64,000 nt of DNA from Armatimonadota bacterium (GTDB lineage Bacteria > Armatimonadota > UBA5829): contig JAPLCU010000009.1 of assembly GCA_026392045.1 (NCBI GenBank), forward strand, positions 247 to 64,246, given 5' to 3'. The notes beneath the pieces are model-generated. The model made no database searches and was not told the DNA's origin. It saw nothing but the letters and a program-made list of their open reading frames with translations. Below are positions 59,411-64,000 of this stretch, in pieces (the first letter of the stretch is position 1; the number at the start of each line of letters is the position of its first letter). Both the position numbers and the translations under genes were made by a program.

Positions 59411-60136
59411 ATGATTCGTCTTGATGGCCGCGCATCAGATCAACTTAGACAGGTTACAATAACCCGACACTTCAACAAATACGCTGAAGGCAGTTGCCTC
59501 ATCGAAATGGGTGACACCAAAGTCATCTGCACGGCAACCATAGAAGATAAAGTGCCTCCGTTCCTCAAGAACTCAGGCCAGGGCTGGGTAACCGCTGAAT
59601 ACGGCATGCTGCCGCGCTCTTGCGATACCCGAACCCAGCGCGATACCACCAAGGGCCAGGTCAACGGCCGCAGCCAGGAAATTCAGCGGCTGGTAGGAAG
59701 ATCGATCAGATCGGTTGCAGACATGGGCGCTTGGGGCGAGCGGACAATCTGGCTCGACTGCGATGTAATTCAGGCAGACGGCGGCACTCGCACCGCCTCC
59801 ATCACCGGCGCTTTCATCGCGTTCCTGGATGCTTGCGCGCTGATGAAAAAAGACGGCATTGTGAAGAAGCTGCCCTACAAAGACCTTATGGCCGCGATCA
59901 GCGTAGGTGTGGTTATGAGCGAAGAGCTTTTGGACCTCAACTACAAAGAAGACTCAAACGCAGCCGTGGACATGAACGTAGTAATGACCGCAACAGGCAG
60001 AATCATAGAGGTTCAATCCACCGCCGAGGGAGCGCCGTTCACCCGCAATCGATTCAATAACCTGATGGACCTCGCTCAAAAAGGCACCGGCGAGCTCACA
60101 AAGCTTGTCAAGGAAACAATGAAAGACGTTCTTTAG
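59411..60136 (+). CDS. rph: Ribonuclease PH
   Basis: AEGS, GWVTAEY.MLP, EIQRL.GRS.R, QADGGTRTASITG, DMNVV. Confidence 0.97.
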   Translation: MIRLDGRASDQLRQVTITRHFNKYAEGSCLIEMGDTKVICTATIEDKVPPFLKNSGQGWVTAEYGMLPRSCDTRTQRDTTKGQVNGRSQEIQRLVGRSIRSVADMGAWGERTIWLDCDVIQADGGTRTASITGAFIAFLDACALMKKDGIVKKLPYKDLMAAISVGVVMSEELLDLNYKEDSNAAVDMNVVMTATGRIIEVQSTAEGAPFTRNRFNNLMDLAQKGTGELTKLVKETMKDVL

Positions 60137-60160
60137 GCATCTCGAATGCGCTCGAAATAC

Positions 60161-60300
60161 AATCACGGAAACACGGAATCAAGGAAATACAGAAGGAACG
60201 CGCAGTTCGGCGCTGTGGCATGAAGGTTTTGTTGATCAGATAATCATCTCCAAATCTTCATCCGTGATTCCCAATTTCCGTGCTTCTGTGATGAATATTG
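60161..60300. repeat. Inverted CACGGAA-type repeat pair
   Basis: AATCACGGAAACACGGAA faces TCCGTGATTCCCAATTTCCGTGCTTCTGTGATG. The latter's reverse complement resembles about 20520-20560. Confidence 0.6.
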
Positions 60301-60326
60301 TATGCCTCGGGTATCCTGTTAATCCT

Positions 60327-60908
60327 ATGAAGAAGCTCATCATAGCAACGAAAAACAGCGGCAAGGCGAAAGAGGTCGCTCTAATTCTTGAGGGGATGGG
60401 GTATGAGATTGTCTCGTTGGCGGACTATCCCGACGCCCCCAAAGTTGAAGAAACGGGCAAAACATTCATCAAAAATGCCATAATCAAGGCAAAAACCTAT
60501 GCAGATTTTACCGGCGAGCTCACTCTTGCTGACGACTCCGGCCTGGAAGTTGACGCCTTGAATGGTGCGCCGGGGGTCTTCTCCAGCCGCTTCGCCCCAA
60601 CAGACGAAGAGCGCAATTCCAAGTTATTAGAACTAATGAAAGAAACCCCCGATGCAAATCGCACTGCCCGCTTCATCTGTGCAATCGCCATTGCCGAACC
60701 CGGAGGTGAAATCCGCACCTGCGAGGGGAAAGTGGAGGGTACAATCGCGCACGAACCCAAAGGCGACCAGGGCTTCGGCTACGACCCTGTTTTCTACCTC
60801 CCGCACCTCGGCAAATCCATGGCCGAACTCAACGCCGACCAGAAAAACTCCCTTTCTCATAGAGGCAAGGCGCTGGAAGAGGCAAAGAAGATTATGGCAC
60901 GTAACTAG
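60327..60908 (+). CDS. rdgB: dITP/XTP pyrophosphatase (Ham1 family)
   Basis: ATKN.GK, ADDSGL.VDAL.G.PG, GFGYDP, SHRG. Start MKKLII. Confidence 0.95.
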   Translation: MKKLIIATKNSGKAKEVALILEGMGYEIVSLADYPDAPKVEETGKTFIKNAIIKAKTYADFTGELTLADDSGLEVDALNGAPGVFSSRFAPTDEERNSKLLELMKETPDANRTARFICAIAIAEPGGEIRTCEGKVEGTIAHEPKGDQGFGYDPVFYLPHLGKSMAELNADQKNSLSHRGKALEEAKKIMARN

Positions 60909-61078
60909 CAAATTCCACGCATGGTCTTTCGGGAAACTCGTTCCCGAAACCAACCTGCCTCCCGAGCAATGTCGATCTCACCCTCCCTTCATTCAGAATT
61001 CAAAACTGGAGCGTCGCGGAAACTATTTCTCCAAATGATGGAACATTCCGTCGCCTTTTCCTGTATAATATCTAAAGC

Positions 61079-61095
61079 GCTTTGCAAATTAAAGC
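61079..61095. promoter_or_regulatory. Putative autoregulatory operator
   Basis: GCTTT-GCAAATT-AAAGC palindrome just downstream of a TATAAT at 61064, ahead of the membrane protein-HTH operon. Confidence 0.55.
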
Positions 61096-61115
61096 ATAAC
61101 CCAAAGGTGGACCTT

Positions 61116-61739
61116 ATGAAAAAGTCTCAGGCCGAGGAAGATATTCAGATAATTCGCGAGGTTATGGAGCGTTCCGCTCGATACACGCACTTTTCGGGGC
61201 TCTCCGGGGTGCTTTCGGGCATACTGGCACTCATCGGGTGCGCCATCACCTACTGGGTCAATTTCAATATTTCAGAGCTTCAGCAAAATAATTGGTATGC
61301 GCTGACCTGGTCCAGCGTGCTTATTGCAGCCATTGCCGAAGACCTCATGCTCGCCCAAAGAAATGCGCAGAAAAATGGCGGGTCTATTTGGGTGCCTGCC
61401 ACTTATCAAGTTATGAAAGCCATATTCCCGGGCGTGTTCGTAGCGTTCGTCATCTCGCTCACTGCAATGCTCGAAGGCGCGCTCGATGCAATCCCGGGCG
61501 TGTGGGCGCTTGGTTACGGAGCTGCGCTATGCGCGGCTGGTATGTTCACGGTGAAGGAGGTCTGGGTCTACGGCATAATCCAGCTCATCACGGGTTCCGC
61601 AAGCCTGCTGGTATTATCACAACCGGCCATTATTCCAAGAGAAATAGTACCCATTATCAGCTTTTCTCAACTGGCGCTGTCTTTCGGAATCTATCAGATA
61701 GTTTTCGGGCTGTGGATGACCAGAAAGTATCGGAAGTAG
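61116..61739 (+). CDS. Integral membrane protein
   Basis: I..IR..MERS....SGLSG...G motif and about 6 TM helices. Confidence 0.75.
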   Translation: MKKSQAEEDIQIIREVMERSARYTHFSGLSGVLSGILALIGCAITYWVNFNISELQQNNWYALTWSSVLIAAIAEDLMLAQRNAQKNGGSIWVPATYQVMKAIFPGVFVAFVISLTAMLEGALDAIPGVWALGYGAALCAAGMFTVKEVWVYGIIQLITGSASLLVLSQPAIIPREIVPIISFSQLALSFGIYQIVFGLWMTRKYRK

Positions 61740-61741
61740 CC

Positions 61742-62035
61742 ATGCGCGAAATCGATGAAGCTATCCACCAAAAAACTCGCCTCGCGATAATGGCGCACCT
61801 GGCGGTGGTAGGGGAAACGGACTTTCTCACGCTCAGGAAAATCTTGAGCCTTACAGACGGCAACCTCTCGGTGCATTCAGCCATCCTCGAAGAAAAGGGC
61901 TTCATCGAGACCGAGAAAACCTTTGTAGGTAAGAAAACTCGCACAGTTTATCGCATCACCCCGACAGGCCGCAAGGCTTTCCAAGCTTACGTAACCGAGC
62001 TTGAAAGCATTCTTCGCGGCATTATAGACCCATAA
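61742..62035 (+). CDS. Winged-helix transcriptional regulator (HTH_34 / ArsR-MarR-like)
   Basis: IHQ.TRL.IM, LTDGNLS.H...LE..G.I, T.YRIT..GR.AF. Confidence 0.88.
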   Translation: MREIDEAIHQKTRLAIMAHLAVVGETDFLTLRKILSLTDGNLSVHSAILEEKGFIETEKTFVGKKTRTVYRITPTGRKAFQAYVTELESILRGIIDP

Positions 62036-62045
62036 TAGCTAAAGG

Positions 62046-62268
62046 GGAGGGCGAGGCTCCCGCCGAACCGTTCCCTTCCGGGCTTCCGCTTTCCGCTATT
62101 ACTTCCATAGCGGGCCAGATTGCAAATCTGCCCGAACAAGGGCTTGCCGTTCCCTTCCGATCTCTCCGCTTTCCGCTATTACTTCCATTCGGGCCAGATT
62201 GCAAATCTGCCCGAACAAGGGCTTGCCCTTCCCTTCCGGGCTTTCCACTTTCCGCTTTCAGCTTTCCA
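62046..62268. repeat. Composite REP cluster with ~80-bp direct duplication
   Basis: GAGGGCGAGGCTCCCGCCGAACC, then two copies of TTCCGCTATTACTTCCAT..CGGGCCAGATTGCAAATCTGCCCGAACAAGGGCTTGCC, then heptamers. Confidence 0.8.
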
Positions 62269-63390
62269 CTATCCCCCAAACATCTTCTCTTTAAGGTCTA
62301 AATAATAGAGATAATCTTCGGGTTTTACGTTTGGCGGGCAGCGGTGGTCGCAGAATGGGATGTAGCCACCGCGCTCAACATACGGCGCCAGGCTCTCCAA
62401 GTAGGCTTTAATGGCATCGGGACCTTTGCCTAGCTCAAGCTTATCTACCCCGCCCATAATTCTGAGCTGACCGTCGTATTTATCCAGCAGCTCGCCTGGG
62501 TGGGAGCAGCCGTTGACCTCAAACGGGAACAGGCAGTTGATGCCGCCTTCCAGGAGGCCCTGCAGAATCGGGCGCACATCGCCGTCGCAGTCTGTATACC
62601 AAATATCGATTCCGGCAGCCTTGAGCTTGGCGTTAATTCTCTTATATCGCGGCACAACAACGTTGTTGAAGAAGTCCACAGAGACTATCGGGCCATTCTT
62701 GAAGCAAATATCTTCCCATGCGCTGGCATAATCGAACGCGAAATGCGGCAGCGCCTGGTCCAAAAAGTCTTCCACCAGCAAACATGAAGTCTCGACCATA
62801 TCTTCGAGCATCTCAGGGTAATCGTAAATGGCGTAAGCGAGGCCTTCAAATGTGAGCATGTCTCTAATCATACCAATCATAGAACCGCACCACACGCCCA
62901 GCGGGTAATCGCGGTCGGCGGGGTAGCGCTTTTTCATGGCCTCGATATCGACCTTGCGCTCAGGGGTTCCACGCCTGAATCGCTCTTCTTTACACTTTTT
63001 CCAGTCATCGGGAGTCACAATCGATGCCTTGATATAATGCGGAATAGTGTCGTGGCCATCTTTTGGAACCTCAGCGGTGAGACCGTTGTAGTTCATCAAG
63101 ATCTTCGTAGTCTCAGTTTCGCCTATTACTTCCTCTGGAAACCCAGGGTTCATCCAAACGCTTCCCCACATCGACTCAATCTTATCGAAGCTGAAATATG
63201 CGTTGGCCTCGGCCTCATTGGTGATGCCGTTCTCAACGAACATCGGCCACAATTTATAATTCTCGTCCCAATAGCCGAACTCCATATTGAAGCACCGATC
63301 AACGGGCTTATAATGCATCTGATTAACAAAACGCTCGCGGTCTGTCATATTGCCTTTCCATTTAGGGCGGCACGGGGTTATATTCATCAT
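62269..63390 (-). CDS. Uroporphyrinogen decarboxylase (URO-D)/MtaA-like family protein
   Basis: WEDI..K.GP.VS, DCDGD, GGVDK, GGYIPFCDH..PP.V. Start MMNITP. Confidence 0.8.
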   Translation of the reverse strand: MMNITPCRPKWKGNMTDRERFVNQMHYKPVDRCFNMEFGYWDENYKLWPMFVENGITNEAEANAYFSFDKIESMWGSVWMNPGFPEEVIGETETTKILMNYNGLTAEVPKDGHDTIPHYIKASIVTPDDWKKCKEERFRRGTPERKVDIEAMKKRYPADRDYPLGVWCGSMIGMIRDMLTFEGLAYAIYDYPEMLEDMVETSCLLVEDFLDQALPHFAFDYASAWEDICFKNGPIVSVDFFNNVVVPRYKRINAKLKAAGIDIWYTDCDGDVRPILQGLLEGGINCLFPFEVNGCSHPGELLDKYDGQLRIMGGVDKLELGKGPDAIKAYLESLAPYVERGGYIPFCDHRCPPNVKPEDYLYYLDLKEKMFGG

Positions 63391-63493
63391 CGCTAATCTC
63401 CAATGGCATCTGCCAGGCGTTATTCTTCTACGCTCAATATTATATACTAAAACGGCGGGGGGAAGGAACGAGTTTTGAGTTTTGAATTTTGAG

Positions 63494-64000
63494 TTATGAA
63501 TTGGGAAGGGAATTATCAAACTTCGGCACATTCAGCGTCGTAAGTGTTGTGAAAGACTCGGCGGGCAGGTCTATCGTTGCCTTGCCGTCTTTTATCTGTA
63601 TGGCCTCGCCCTGTTTGAAGAGGTTTGAGAGTTCGGAAGTAACTTTGTTTAGCCGCTTGAGATTCGCAGGCAGGCCGGTCAGGTTTGCTTTGCGCGCGGG
63701 GCCGTTGTTTGAGATTTGCAGGGTGTAGTTTTTGCCGGTCTGGAATGCCGTGAAGAGCACGGCGGGCTGGTCGGTGTCGGTTTTCAGGGCTTTGCTGTTG
63801 GGCACGACGAATGTCAGCCAGTGCTTTTGCAGGGCGCAGCGAAAGTTCGGGACGAGCTTCTTGGGGTCTGCCGGGTCCTTGTCCAGCAGCCTGAAATCGG
63901 GGGTGTATTCCCAGTGTATGACCGCATTCGGGCAAGCATATAGAAAAAGCTCCTGGTAGTGCTTCATCTCAGACAACGAATGTTTGGGCGTGTTGAGCGA
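63494..64000 (-). CDS. C-terminal part of a probable glycoside hydrolase (GH30-like beta-sandwich), partial
   Basis: Frame is open to the right edge and ends ATIDLPAESFTTL. Confidence 0.45.
   Translation of the reverse strand, partial: SLNTPKHSLSEMKHYQELFLYACPNAVIHWEYTPDFRLLDKDPADPKKLVPNFRCALQKHWLTFVVPNSKALKTDTDQPAVLFTAFQTGKNYTLQISNNGPARKANLTGLPANLKRLNKVTSELSNLFKQGEAIQIKDGKATIDLPAESFTTLTTLNVPKFDNSLPNS

Noticed and set aside
60921-61741. Long N-terminal extensions of ORF-track calls (60921, 61292; also 56961, 60264, 63531, 7338)
   Set aside because: They run through repeats or overlap other genes, and downstream ATGs match the family N-termini.

Overview
Bacterial chromosomal window of moderate GC, gene-dense on both strands. 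The lineage is probably Armatimonadota or a similar diderm. This is an inference from outer-membrane barrels and a PEP-CTERM gene occurring alongside Firmicutes-like gerMN-murI-rph-rdgB and ricT/yaaT. Housekeeping genes include mpg, dusB, ricT, a folM-folB/X-folK-folE pterin operon, an amidase, murI, rph and rdgB. Carbohydrate genes include a sulfatase, a CE7 esterase, a GHL10 hydrolase, two SASA esterases, GH43 and GH38. There are also signalling proteins and a 2027-aa secreted PQQ-propeller/FN3-like repeat protein. Accessory elements are: an AT-rich two-gene cassette (65-aa ORF plus a papain/C39-like Cys-His-Asp protein) with a near-consensus sigma70 promoter, a type II C-R/M restriction cassette, two apparently disarmed toxin-antitoxin modules (HicA GSH>GSR; MNT with a truncated HEPN), and a decayed ISL3 with an 8-bp target duplication sitting just upstream of a sigma54 promoter. 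Intergenic DNA is rich in short palindromic and heptamer repeat families. One palindrome family forms a tandem array, brackets a relic gene tail and borders the RM cassette. No rRNA, tRNA or true CRISPR array was seen. All family assignments are from motif recognition by eye, not database searches.
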